From an uncultured Planctomycetota bacterium (GTDB taxonomy: Bacteria > Planctomycetota > UBA1135 > UBA2386): a stretch of DNA of 64,000 bases. Shown here in pieces: positions 12,083-22,813 of the stretch. Made by a program: the position numbers and the translations under genes. Every line of letters begins with the position of its first letter. The stretch's first letter is position 1. The DNA is taken from NCBI GenBank assembly GCA_963823025.1, contig CAWGKH010000011.1:391214-455213 (forward strand). Reading direction: 5' to 3'. The notes beneath the pieces are model-generated. The model saw nothing but the letters and a program-made list of their open reading frames with translations. It was not told the origin of the DNA and ran no database searches.

Positions 12083-13117
12083 ATGCGACACGTTGGCGCG
12101 CATCCTCCACGCTGCATGCACGTACTCGCCGGTGACGTCGGGGGCACGAACACGCGGCTGTCGATCTGGGAGGCCGGTGCGCGGGAGCCGACCTTCGCGC
12201 GGACCCGTCCGTCGCGCACGGTGGCATCGCTCGGGGACGCGCTCGCGACGTTCCTGGACGAGGCTCGCCGGGAGCGGGCCGATCTTCATCCGATCGATCG
12301 CGCGTGCGTCGGGATCGCCGGGATCGTCGAAGACGGGGTCTGCCGTACCGCGAACCTGCCGTGGGTCGTCGATCGGCGGCAGCTGATCGAGCGGTCGGGC
12401 ATCGAACGCCTGGAGCTGGTCAACGACTTCGTCGCGCTCGCCGCCGCGGTGCCCGCGCTGGAGGAGGCGGACGTGGTGTCGTTCGGTGGACACGCCCGCG
12501 AGCCACGCGGCCCGATCGCCGTGGTCGGACCGGGGACCGGGCTCGGCGAGGCGTTCCTGCTGTGGTCGGAGGGGGAGTCGGAGTATCGGGTCGTGCCGTC
12601 GGAAGGCGGACACGCCGATTTCGCGCCGCGCACGCCGCTGGAGATGGCGTTCGGCCGCTACCTCGGGCTCCGTTACGGCCGGGTCTCCAAGGAGCGCGTG
12701 CTGTCGGGGCAGGGGCTCGTCGACGCGTTCCACTTCCTCGCCGAGGAGGAAGCCGTCCGTCGTCTGGTGCGTCCGCAGACGCTGGCGGCGGTCGCGGTCG
12801 CGGAGCCGGCAGGGGTCATCACCGGTCACGCGATCGACGGCAGCGACCCGGTGTGTGCGATCGCGGTGGGGCTGTTCGCGTCGGTTCTCGGCGCGGTGGC
12901 GGGCAACCTGGCACTCACCGTGCTCGCGACCGGCGGCGTGTTCGTGGGCGGGGGAATCGCGCCGCGGCTGATCCCGTTCCTCCGCGACAGCGCGTTCCGG
13001 GAGTCCTTCGACCAGAAAGGCCGTCGGCGCGAGCTGCTGGAGCGCATCCCGCTCGCGGTGATCGTGCGCGAGGAGCCGGGACTGCTCGGCGCTGCGACGA
13101 TCGCCGCGCAGCGCTGA
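12083..13117 (+). CDS. glk: glucokinase
   Basis: The N-terminus VLAGDVGGTNTRL and later GTGLGEAFL and EGGHADFAP match the Glk family. The start is taken at the MRHVGAH ATG, so the track ORF 11639-13117 is over-extended. Confidence 0.8.
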   Translation: MRHVGAHPPRCMHVLAGDVGGTNTRLSIWEAGAREPTFARTRPSRTVASLGDALATFLDEARRERADLHPIDRACVGIAGIVEDGVCRTANLPWVVDRRQLIERSGIERLELVNDFVALAAAVPALEEADVVSFGGHAREPRGPIAVVGPGTGLGEAFLLWSEGESEYRVVPSEGGHADFAPRTPLEMAFGRYLGLRYGRVSKERVLSGQGLVDAFHFLAEEEAVRRLVRPQTLAAVAVAEPAGVITGHAIDGSDPVCAIAVGLFASVLGAVAGNLALTVLATGGVFVGGGIAPRLIPFLRDSAFRESFDQKGRRRELLERIPLAVIVREEPGLLGAATIAAQR

Positions 13118-13173
13118 ACGAGGTTTTGCCGAGCGCGAGACGTCGGATACAACGGAAGCTCAGGAGGTGGCAG

Positions 13174-14267
13174 ATGGGTCTGTTCTCGAAGCTACGCGGC
13201 GAGCTGGTCGACATCATCGAATGGCTCGACGACACCAGGCACACCCTGGTGTGGCGCTTCCCGCGCTACCACAACCAGATCAAGAACGGCGCGCAGCTGA
13301 TCGTGCGACCCGGGCAGGTCGCGGTGTTCGTCCACGAGGGCCAGCTCGCCGACGTGTTCCAGCCGGGCACGCACGAGCTGACGACGCGCAACCTACCGAT
13401 CCTCAGCACGCTGCAGGGCTGGAAGTACGGCTTCGACAGCCCGTTCAAGGCCGAGGTCTACTTCGTCTCGCACGCGGGACGTCACCGAGCTCAAGTGGGG
13501 CACGCCGAACCCGGTGATGATGCGCGACCCCGAGTTCGGGCCGATCCGCCTGCGCGCGTTCGGCACCTACACGCTGCGTGCGGTCGACGCCAAGGCGCTC
13601 CTGACCGAGCTGGTCGGCACCGACGGGGTGTTCGAGGCCGACGAGCTGGAGACGCTGATGCGCGGCGTCATCAACGAGTCGCTCGCCGACATGCTCGGCG
13701 AGGTCCAACATCGCCGCGCTCGATCTCGCCGCGAACTACCAGGAGCTCGCCGAGAAGATCCGCGTCGCGGTCGTCGAGCGGATCGACGACGAGTACGGCC
13801 TCGACGTCCCGCAGCTGTTCATCGTCAACATCTCGCTGCCCGAGGCGGTCGAGAAGGCGCTCGACACGCGCACGTCGATGGGCGTGATCGGCGACATGCA
13901 GCGATTCCAGCAGTTCCAGATGGGCCAGGCGATGACCGAGGCCGCATCGAACCCGGGCGGTGGGGGGGCGTCGGAGGGCATGGGACTCGGCATGGGGTTC
14001 GCGATGGCGAACCAGATGGCCCAGGGCTTCGGCGGCGCGGGTCACGCGCCACCGCCACCCCCGCTGGCCGCGTGGCACGTGGCCGTGGACGGGCGTGCGC
14101 ACGGGCCGCTCGACACGCAGCAGTTGGGAGAGTGGGCGGCGTCGGGCCGGCTCACCACCGGCACGTTGGTGTGGAGCGCGGGGATGGGCGCTTGGACACC
14201 GGCCGGTCAAGTTCCACAGCTCGCCGGCTTGTTCCCGCCGCCGCCCCCGCCGCCGCCGGTCGGCTGA
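13174..14267 (+). CDS. SPFH/band-7 protein of the COG4260 ('virion core protein-like', B. subtilis YdjI-like) family with a C-terminal DUF4339/GYF-like domain; two frameshifts in this sequence
   Basis: An AGGAGG ribosome-binding site lies at 13162-13167, followed by ATG at 13174. The N-terminus MGLFSKLRGELVDIIEWLDDTRHTLVWRFPRY is the family hallmark. The protein continues in frame 2 (TELKWGTPNPVMMRDPEFGPIRLRAFGTY) and then in frame 0 (NIAALDLAANYQELAEKIRV...MGVIGDMQRFQQF...GTLVWSAGMGAWTPAGQVPQLAGLFPPPPPPPPVG). Insertions lie at about 13471 and about 13706. Confidence 0.7.
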
Positions 14268-14278
14268 GCGAGGTCGAG

Positions 14279-15438
14279 ATGGCCGAGGAGTTGCCGCCAC
14301 CGCCGGTGTCAGAGGCCGATGCCTCGCCCAGTGCCGAACCGGACGCCGGTGCGGTGCGCACGCGCGTGTTTCCGTGCGAGGAGTGCGGGGCGGACCTGAC
14401 GTTCGACATCGATGCGCAGAGTCTGAAGTGCCCGTTCTGCGGTCACGTGACCGAGCTCGGCGCGGGGGACGGCACCGTCGCCGAGCAGGACCTCGAGGCC
14501 GCGCTGCAGCGCGAGGCGGAGCGGCGATCGGGCCGGCGCGAGGCCCCGAGCGACGTGAAGGAGGTGCGCTGCAGCGACTGCGGCGCAACCGTGCAGTTCG
14601 TCGGCACGCTGACGAGCACGCACTGCGCCTACTGCGGTACCCCGATCCAGCTCGCCGGGGTTCACGACGCGGCGGAGCGGATCCCGGTGGACGGGGTGTT
14701 GCCGTTCCAGGTGACGCGCGAGGTCGCGCGGGCGAATCTCGGACAGTGGGCGAAGTCGCGGTGGTTCGCGCCGAATGACTTCCGCGAAGCGGTCCGCGGG
14801 CGGTTCCAGGGCGTGTACATGCCGGTACTGGACGTTCGATGCCCTGACGATGAACCGGTATCGCGGCGAGCGTGGCGACCACTACTGGGTGACGGTGCGA
14901 CGCGGGGACAAGACCGAACGTGTCCAGAAGACGCGGTGGAGCTTCGCCTCCGGCTCGTTCCGCCGGTTCTTCGACGACGTGCTGGTCGTGGCCGGGCGCG
15001 GACTGAAGGCCGGCGTCGTCGACTCCCTCGAACCGTGGCCGCTCGCGCGCTGCCGGGAGTTCGATCCGCGTCTGATCGCAGGGTTCGTCGCCCGGACCTA
15101 CGACGTGGGTCTCGCCGAGGGACTGGGGATCGCCAAGACTCGCATCGCGGGAGCGTTGCGCGACGACGTTCGCCGGCGGATCGGCGGTGACGAGCAGCGC
15201 ATCCACTCGGTCGAGACGCAGTACGGTGCGTTGACCTACAAGCACTTGCTCCTCCCGGTCTGGTTGCTCGCCTATCGCTATCGCGAGCGCCTCTACCAGG
15301 TGATCGTGAACGCCGCGACCGGCGAGGTGCAGGGGGAGCGTCCCTGGTCGTGGGTCAAGATCACGTTGGCGGTTCTGCGCCGGGATCGCGGTCGCGGCCG
15401 TGATCTGGTTCGTCGCGTCGCGAGGTGGCGGGCCGTGA
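14279..15438 (+). CDS. zinc-ribbon protein (two CxxC...CxxC ribbons) with a C-terminal transmembrane anchor, partner of the SPFH gene; two frameshifts in this sequence
   Basis: The ATG is 11 nt after the SPFH stop. Two zinc ribbons (CEECGADLTFDIDAQSLKCPFCGH and CSDCGATVQFVGTLTSTHCAYCG) are followed by GVYMP. The protein continues in frame 0 (YWTFDALTMNRYRGERGDHYWVT) after a one-base insertion at about 14825. The corrected C-terminus LAVL(A)GIAVAAVIWFVASRGGGP* is recovered by removing an insertion at about 15378. Confidence 0.6.
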
Positions 15439-15971
15439 GGCGGGCCGGGACGCTGTGCGCGGCGCTGCTCCTCCCGGCGTTCGCCTGTGACGGCCGCTCG
15501 ACACCGACCGCTCCGACGGCGCCGGACCGGGTCCGGGTGGTGGCCGATGCCGACGCCCTCGTCGCCGCGCTCGCCGCCCGGCGGGGCGAACCGCTCCTGG
15601 TCAACCTGTGGGCGACGTGGTGTCCGCCCTGCATCGACGAGCTTCCGGAACTGGTCGCGGCGCGGCCCGCGCTGGTCGCGGTCGGCGGGGAGCTGCTGGG
15701 CGTCTCGGTCGATCTCTCCGCGCCGGGTCGTACCCTCGATCAGGTGGTCGGCGAGATGCCGCGGTTCCTCGATAGCCACGGCGTCCGATACCCGGTGCTG
15801 ATCTACGGCGCGAGCGATCTCGGACCGTTGGTTCGACAGTTTGCGCTCGCTGACGGCGAGATCCCGATCACGGTCGCCTTCGACCGCGGGGGGCGGATCG
15901 TCGCGGTCCACCATGGCAGGGCCACACGCAGAGACCTGGAGACGTTGATCGAGCGCGCGAGCGGGCAGTGA
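15435..15971 (+). CDS. TlpA/ResA-family thiol-disulfide oxidoreductase, probable lipoprotein
   Basis: A GTG start overlaps the previous stop (GTGA). The signal and lipobox-like sequence is RRAGTLCAALLLPAFAC. It has a thioredoxin-fold WATWCPPC motif. Confidence 0.6.
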   Translation: MRRAGTLCAALLLPAFACDGRSTPTAPTAPDRVRVVADADALVAALAARRGEPLLVNLWATWCPPCIDELPELVAARPALVAVGGELLGVSVDLSAPGRTLDQVVGEMPRFLDSHGVRYPVLIYGASDLGPLVRQFALADGEIPITVAFDRGGRIVAVHHGRATRRDLETLIERASGQ

Positions 15972-16134
15972 TCTGTACGTGGGCGGAGGCCCGGCGTCGC
16001 GTGCCCGTTCCCGAGCTCCGGAACCGCGGTTTTCCGTGGGCCACGCGTGGAACGCCTGCGTATAGCTCCCGGAATTGCGTACCGCCGCGGCTCCGTCCGC
16101 GACTCTTCGATCCATTCGACGGAAACGACCCGAT

Positions 16135-17152
16135 GACCGTGATCCTGTCCGCTGCCCTCGTCACCGGAGCCCTGCTCTTTCCGCAGACGCCCCAGGAGCC
16201 CCAGAAGTCCGACGCTGCCGAGTCGAGCTCTCCCCAGTGGATGACCGACTACGCGGCGGCGAAGGCGAAGGCCGCGGAGGAGGGAAAAGACCTCCTGCTC
16301 GACTTCACCGGCTCGGACTGGTGCATCTGGTGCCAGCGCCTCGATTCCGAGGTGTTCTCGAAGGCCGAGTTCCAGGAGGCCGCGCCGAAGCACTACATCC
16401 TCGTCAAGCTCGACTTTCCCAACGACAAGTCCGGTCAGTCGGAGGCGGAGATCGCGCAGAACGAGAAGCTGATGGAGGAGTTCGGGGTCGGCGGCTTCCC
16501 GACGATCTTCCTGGTCGACCAGCAGGGCCGTCCGTATGCCCAGACCGGCTACCAGGAGGGGGGCGCGCCCAAATACGTCGAGCACCTCGCCACGCTGCAG
16601 CAGACCAAGACCAAGCGGGACGTGGCGATCGCCGCCGCGGATGCGGCTCAGGGCGTGGATCGCGCCGCCCAGCTCGCGAACGCGATCGAGGTGATCGATC
16701 CCGAGCTGCACCGCTTCTACCGTCCTTGGATCGAGGAGATCGTCGCCACCGGCTCTCCGGAGCTGAAGGAGAAGTTCCAGGCGCGGCTGAAGAAGTTGGA
16801 TCTCGATGCTCGCCTGGAGAAGGCGCAGGCCGAGATCAACAAGGACGCCGAGGCCGAGGACTGGGATGCTGCGATTGCCGTGGTCGACCGGCTGTTGAAG
16901 GCGGACGCGAGCGAGCTCGAGACGCCGGTGCATCAGCAGCTCCTCAGTGTGAAGGGGCAGTTGCTGGTGCGGAAGCACGACTTGCAGGGTGCGATCGCGG
17001 CCCTGGAGGCGGCGAAGGCGCTGGACCCGGATGGGCAGATCGGCCAGGCGCTGGGGCACATGATCGAGCAGGTGAAGGCGACTGCCGCCAAGCCCACGCC
17101 CGAGGGCGGTGACGCACCGAAGGACGGCGCCGATTCCGGCAAGCAGCACTGA
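16135..17152 (+). CDS. secreted thioredoxin-like (Thioredoxin_7-type) domain protein with a helical C-terminal region
   Basis: The signal peptide is MTVILSAALVTGALLFPQ. The motif DFTGSDWCIWCQRLDSEVF is the thioredoxin-like WCxWC family motif. The start is taken at the internal ATG of track ORF 15968-17152. Confidence 0.6.
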
Positions 17153-17231
17153 TCGGTCCCGATACGCGAAGCGCCGGGGCCGCGATCCGCGGTCCCGGCG
17201 CTTTGCCGTACGGCGTCACGCGCGACGCGAA

Positions 17232-20200
17232 TCAGCGACCGTTGGTCGGTCCCGGTCGCTGTCCGGCCTGCTGCGGGGCGGCCTGTTGGGGGGCGCCTGC
17301 TGCGCGCGGCTTGGCGACGACCGTCAGCGGCTGGCTCGGCGTCGCGCTCGCGAGGACTGCGACATCGCCCAGCAACGTCTCGATGTCGCGACCTTCGACC
17401 GCGAAGCGGTAGGCTCCCGGCGGCACGTTCGCCGCGGTGAGCTCGCCGTTCCGAAGGCCAAAGCGCTGGAGGGACGCGGCACTGCGCCAGTCCGACGGCT
17501 TGGAATCGGGCGGGACGTCCGCCGCGAGGACGAGCGTGACGCGCGCGCGATCGACCGGGTTGCCGTCCGCGTCCACGACGCGCAGGGCCAGAGTGCCGGT
17601 CGTGACCTCGATCGTTCGCTCCACCGGCGGACCGCCGCGCGTGACGGTGATCGGTTCGCTGTGAAGCGCCCCCGAGCCGGAGCCGGGACCCATGCGCCGC
17701 GGGCCGCCGCCACCGCCACCGGTGGAGTGGACCTCGAGCTGGTACTGACCGGGGGGCACCGAGGTGATCTCGAAGCTGCCGTCGTCCTGCAGAGACGCGC
17801 GCGCTGAACAGCCGGCTCATGCCCCGGCGGAGTCGACCGCCGGCCGCAGCCGGATCGCTGGTGCCGTCATCGGCGACCGCGAGGCGCACCTCGAGACCGT
17901 CGCCGGGAGCGCCGTTCCGGTAGACCCGACCCTTGACCGTTCCGAGCTCGAGGGCGTCGGCACCGACGTCGTAACGGACGTCGCCACCTTGCGGCACGAA
18001 CACATCGGGGTCGGCACCGGCCTGCGCGGCGATCGCGCCGCCGATCCGGGCGCGCCAGTCGTTCTGTCCGCGCCCTCGTTGCTGCACCTGGACCATGTAG
18101 CCGCCGGCCTGGAGTCCGACGATCTCGTAGGCGCCGGTGGTCGGATCGACGTCCACGGTGCGCCGGTCCTGACTGTCGATGTGCGTGAACTGCAGGCGCA
18201 CGCGGTCGCCCTGCTGGAGGCCTTGCACGATCCCGTAGACGCGCGCGCCCGGATCGAGCGCGAAGTCGACCTTCTGGCTCGACGGTGACGCCTGCACGTT
18301 GAACGCCGAGTCGTGCTGATCGGGATAGTCCGTCGCACGGATGGTCAGCAGGAACGCGCCGGGCAGCACCGGTGGGAACTCGTAGCTGCCGTCCTTGCCG
18401 GTGCGGACCTCGGCGATCGTGTCGCGTCCGCGTCCCGGCCCGCCCCGGCGTCCGCCGAAGCCGCCGAACGGAAACTGCGGCGTCTGCTGCTGATTCCCGC
18501 CGTCGAGCGGCGGCAGGGTCAACGCGACGCGGGCCCCTTCGACCGGCGCATGGGTCTTGGCGTCGAGGACCACACCGTGGACGACGGTGCCGTGGTCGAG
18601 TCGGATGACGACGTCGGGGTTCGGCGTGTCGGCCGACACCGTGAACCGACCGGCGGCCTGCGGCACGTGGCCCGGCGCGTCGACGTCGAGGACGTAGTCA
18701 CCCGGAGCGAGATCGGTCAGCACGAAGCGGCCGTCGGAGTGCGCACTCGGCGCCGGCGTACGACCCGGGATCTCCCCGGAGCCGCCGAGCCGTTGCTCGC
18801 GATAGGCCTGCTCCCGCTCCTGTTGCGCACGCCATTCGGCGATGCGCGCGTCGAATGCCGCCTGCTGCTGCGGGTCCTGGTTCTGGCGATTGCCGCCACG
18901 GTTGCCGCCGCGGTTGCCGCCCCACTGCGTGGGATCGAATCCGCCACCGACGCTCCGCGCGCGAATGCCGTAGGTCGTCACCGGATCGCCGGTCAGACGG
19001 TCGACGACCGTGCCGGCGAGCGTGGGGCGCTCCTTGACCGTCAGCTGAAGCTCCTGCGGCGCGTCCGGCTCGACCGGATCGACGTCGAGGTCGACGTAGT
19101 GGGGGTGGGACACCGACACGCGAAGCTTGGTGGCCGGGACCATGTCGAGGTCGAACTGGCCGTCCTTGTCGGTGTGTACGGTCTGCCGGTAGCCCATCAT
19201 CTGCCGGAACATCGCACGGAGGTCGTTGGCGTTCTGGTCGGCGGCGCCCGACTGGAGATCGTTGCGTGCCTCGCGGGAGGTCCGCGCCGACACTTCCGCA
19301 TCGGCGACCGGGGCACCGTTGCCATCGACGACCCGTCCGTGGACCTCCGCGCCGGCCGCGAGCTGGACGTCCCCGACGTCGAGCACCTCGCCCGTCTTGG
19401 CCTCGAGGTCGCTCTTCTCACCGGGCACGTAGCGCCGTGCTTCGGCGCGAACGAACACGCCACCGGCGGGAATGTGGTCGAACGTGAAGAACCCGTTGCC
19501 GTCGGACTGCATCGACCCGCCGAGCAGTGCGGTCGGGTCGTTGTCCGGAGCGGCGTCCATCATCTGGCGGATGAAGGGGATGAAGGGATTGCCGCCCCCC
19601 TGGCGGCCGCGACCGCCGTTTCGCCCGCCGCCGTTGCGACCACCACCCGGACCGAAGTCGAACGCCGCGAGCGACTGCAGCCGGACGTCGGCACCCGGAA
19701 CGGCGTTGCCGTCCGGGCCGACGACGCGACCACGGACGGTCGTGCCGCCGTCGAGGACCACGTCGTCGAGTTTCACGCGCCGGCCGTCGTCGAGCGTCCA
19801 GTTCTGACGCACCAGCTCCGGTGCGAAGTCCGGGTGGGTCACCGCGAGTTGGAGGATCGCGGACGTGAACGCGTGGCCGTCCAGCGTGTACGCGCCGTTC
19901 GCGTCGGTCGTCGCGGCCTGCGCTGCGGTCTCCGCGCGCATCATGTCCCGCATGTTGCGGAACCCACCGGGGCCGCCGACCGCACCCGACTGGAAGAGCG
20001 CGCGCGGGTCGCGCCGCGCGAAGAGCGCGACACGGGCGCCGGGGACCGGTGCGCCGGCCGCGTTCACGACCCGGCCGGTGACGGCCAGGGCGGGACGCGG
20101 CTCGTCGTCGCTACCGGGTCCACTGGCGCCCGCATCGGGCTCGCCTGGGACCGCCGTGCGTCGGGTCTCCTCGGGGGCGGTGAGGTCACCCTTCGCGACG

Positions 20201-20352
20201 TTCACAGGTCCGGACGGTCCGTCGGCGGTGTTGGACACCCCCGGCTCGCCGAGCAGATCCGGTCGGGGCGTGTGGCCACCCCCCAAGAGCATCCAGATCC
20301 CCGCCAAGACAGCAGCAGCGGGCACGAGAAGCAGGATCGAGCGGTTCTTCAT
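17232..20352 (-). CDS. large secreted protein with at least 7 carboxypeptidase-regulatory-like (CarbopepD_reg) beta-sandwich repeats and G/N/R/Q-rich linkers; one frameshift in this sequence
   Basis: The signal peptide is MKNRSILLLVPAAAVLAGIWML. Repeats have the form GRVVNAAGAPVPGARVALF, GRVVGPDGNAVPGADVRL, HGRVVDGNGAPVADAEVSA and VHGVVLDAKTHAPVEGARVAL. The true C-terminus is in ORF 17232-17759 (PPGQYQLEVHS...). A frame change lies at about 17760-17880. The residues of track ORF 16933-20352 below about 17800 are out of frame. Confidence 0.55.
18889..18924 (-). repeat. three tandem 12-nt units (ATTGCCGCCACG / GTTGCCGCCGCG / GTTGCCGCCCCA) encoding GGNRGGNRGGNR inside the CarbopepD-repeat gene
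   Basis: The tandem repeat is read directly. It lies in a low-complexity linker of the large secreted protein. Confidence 0.5.
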
Positions 20353-20431
20353 GGTCAGCGGGTTCGTGCGCTTGGCCGGAGTGGATCGGGCGCGGCGCCG
20401 AGGCGAGAACGCCCGGCGCGGCTCCGCAACC

Positions 20432-21641
20432 TCAGTCGGATTGTTTCTTCGCCTGGTCGGACGCTTCGCCGGTGGTCGGTGCGGCCGGGGCCGGGCTCGC
20501 GGTGATGGTGATCGAGAAGGGGCCGTCGTTCTTCATGTCCACCTGCATGGACTCCCCGCGCCGGTTCATGGTACGGGTCGTGCTCGACGACATCTTGCCC
20601 TCGACGACCAGCTTCTGCAGCCGGTGGCTGTGGGTGTCGACGAGTGCCGTGCCGTCGAAGGTCACGTCGATCTTCGCGCTGGCCTGCGGCGCGTTCTCGT
20701 CGGGCTGCTGCGCGCCACGCCCACCGCGGCCGCCGCGGCGACCGCCGCCGAAGCCGAGCCCGAGGTCTTCCGGAGTGCCTTCTCCGGCGATCGTCCCGTG
20801 GAAGGCGATCTTGGCGACGCCGTCTTCACCGACCTCGACGACCTTGGCCGTCGCGTCGGGCTGCAGCTTCAGCCGGGAGAGCTCCATGAACGCCGGATCA
20901 CGGGCCGCCATCGCCGCGCGCATCGCGCCGCCGAACTGACCGCCGCGCTGTCCGCGCTGTCCCCGCTGCGGGCGGTCGCCCTGCTGGGGCGGCTGTCCTG
21001 GCTGGGGGGGCTCGCCCTGCTTCGGAGGTGCGGGCGGCTGGGCGCCGTCCTCGGGCGGTGCCCCGCGGCCCCGCCGGCCGGCGGCATTGTCCTGGCCGCG
21101 GGGTCGCAGGCCACCGAACGGGTGTTCGGCCATCGCGAACACCGAGTGCAGCGCGCCGCCCACGGGGAACTCCGAGCCCACCTCGACCGGCTTGTCCGGG
21201 AACATCCCGGCGAACGACACCGCGCCCGGCACGCCCTGCGCCATGCGCGCCGGCAGTGCCTGGCCATCGACCTCGACCGAGGCCTCGTCGCCGCCGCGGA
21301 TGCGCAGGGTCTTGCCGACGGCTTCGCCGTCGACCTTCACCGGCTCGCCGTCCGGCCCGGTGGTCGACGCGGTCATCGTCCGGTAGGTGCGTTCGATGGT
21401 CGCGTCGCCCGCGGAGTGCTCGTCGAATTCCACGACGACATCGGTCTTGCGCGTCGTCGGGCCGGCGGGGCCGCGGCCTTCCGCCGCCTCGCCGTCGAGC
21501 TTGACGTCTCTCGTGATGGTCGAGGTCGTCTCGATCTTGAACCGCTGAGGTGCGTCGCTCGGGGCGACGTGAAGGTCGACTTGCTGGGCGACCGCGCCGG
21601 TCGCCAGCAGTACCGGTCAGGCAGAGGGTGGTGCGAAGCAT
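20432..21641 (-). CDS. secreted hypothetical protein with a P/Q/G/R-rich low-complexity core; one frameshift near the N-terminus
   Basis: After removing a one-base insertion at about 21618, the signal peptide reads MLRTTLCL(P)VLLATGAVAQQ. It runs into ...VVVEFDEHSAGDATI of ORF 20432-21433. The gene lies directly upstream of, and on the same strand as, the CarbopepD-repeat gene. Confidence 0.45.
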
Positions 21642-21790
21642 CGTGCTCTCTCTCGAGGATTCAGGGGCGGAACCGCGATCGGCCCGCGGGCGCAGAGAAC
21701 GGGCGTCCGCTCGGCACGACCACCGGCGGCGCGGATTTCCGATCCCGCGTACGGCTTGCGGCGTCGCCCGTGCGCCGGTTCAGTGCATGC

Positions 21791-22813
21791 ATGCCGCGTC
21801 GCGCTCCCGAGCAGTTCCCGGTGGATGACCAACGGGTCTACGACGCCTACGTCGCCAGCCGGCAGAGCGCCGCGCTGGCGGTGGGGGTCCGCGTCGGGCT
21901 GTTCGATCTGCTCGCTTCGGGACCCCGCACGGCAGGCGAGATCGCGGGCAGGTTCGCCTGGAGCGAGCGCGCGGCGCGGTGCCTGCTGACGGCATTGTCC
22001 GCGATGGGGCTGCTGCGTCGCCGGGATGACCGGTTCGAGGCGGCCGACGACGCCGCGTGCTACGCGGTGCGCGGGAGGCCCGGGTCGCTGTGGGCGCTGA
22101 TCGATCTGGAGGTGGAGCACGGTCTGACCGCCGAGCGCCTGCTGGCGGCGATGACCGCCGACGATGCGAGCGTCTACGGTGGAGAGGATCCGTGGGAACG
22201 GCACGCGGTCGACCCCGAGCGCGCTCGCGCGTTCACCTCGGCGATGCACGCGGTCAGCGAGCGCCCCGCGGCAGGGCTCGCCGAGGTCGTCGACCTCGCG
22301 GACGGCGGGCGGGTGCTCGACGTCGGCGGCGGCTCGGGTGCGATCTCGATCGCGATCGCACGGCGCTGGAAGCACGCGCACTGCACGGTCCTCGACCTGC
22401 CGATCGTCTGCGAGGTCGCCCGGGGCTTCATCGCCGCGTCGGACCTCGAATCCCGCGTGACCGCGGTGCCGGGCGACATGTTCGCGCGGTCGTGGCCGAC
22501 CGGCTTCGATGTCGTGGTGCTCTCCCAGATCCTCCACGATTGGCCGGTGGACACGGGCCGTGAGCTGCTGGCACGGGCGTTCGCGGCACTGCCCGCGGGC
22601 GGTCGCGCATGGATCCACGAGAAGCTCGTCGAAGACGACGAGGATGCGCCGCTCGCGAACGCGCTCGTGCATCTCGACATGCTCGTCTGGACCCGAGGTC
22701 AGCAGTATCGCTTCGCGGAGCTCGCGGCGCTGCTCGACGACGCCGGGTTCGGCGACGTGCGGCGCCGGCCGACCGCCGGCTACTGGACTCTGGTGGAGGC
22801 CGTCAAGCCGTGA
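21791..22813 (+). CDS. class I SAM-dependent O-methyltransferase (OMT family with N-terminal dimerisation domain)
   Basis: It has a LDVGGGSG SAM-binding motif and an OMT-like C-terminus. The start is the ATG at 21791, so the long upstream part of track ORF 19865-22813 is non-coding. Confidence 0.7.
   Translation: MPRRAPEQFPVDDQRVYDAYVASRQSAALAVGVRVGLFDLLASGPRTAGEIAGRFAWSERAARCLLTALSAMGLLRRRDDRFEAADDAACYAVRGRPGSLWALIDLEVEHGLTAERLLAAMTADDASVYGGEDPWERHAVDPERARAFTSAMHAVSERPAAGLAEVVDLADGGRVLDVGGGSGAISIAIARRWKHAHCTVLDLPIVCEVARGFIAASDLESRVTAVPGDMFARSWPTGFDVVVLSQILHDWPVDTGRELLARAFAALPAGGRAWIHEKLVEDDEDAPLANALVHLDMLVWTRGQQYRFAELAALLDDAGFGDVRRRPTAGYWTLVEAVKP

Noticed and set aside
13671-16115. Minus-strand ORF of 814 aa (13671-16115)
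   Set aside because: It is antisense to the SPFH, zinc-ribbon and TlpA genes. Its composition is dominated by R, P and A.
18313-22813. Plus-strand ORFs 18313-20505 (730 aa) and the first two thirds of 19865-22813 (982 aa)
   Set aside because: They are antisense to the CarbopepD-repeat gene and the secreted-protein gene. Only the final 341 codons (from ATG 21791) of 19865-22813 encode the O-methyltransferase.
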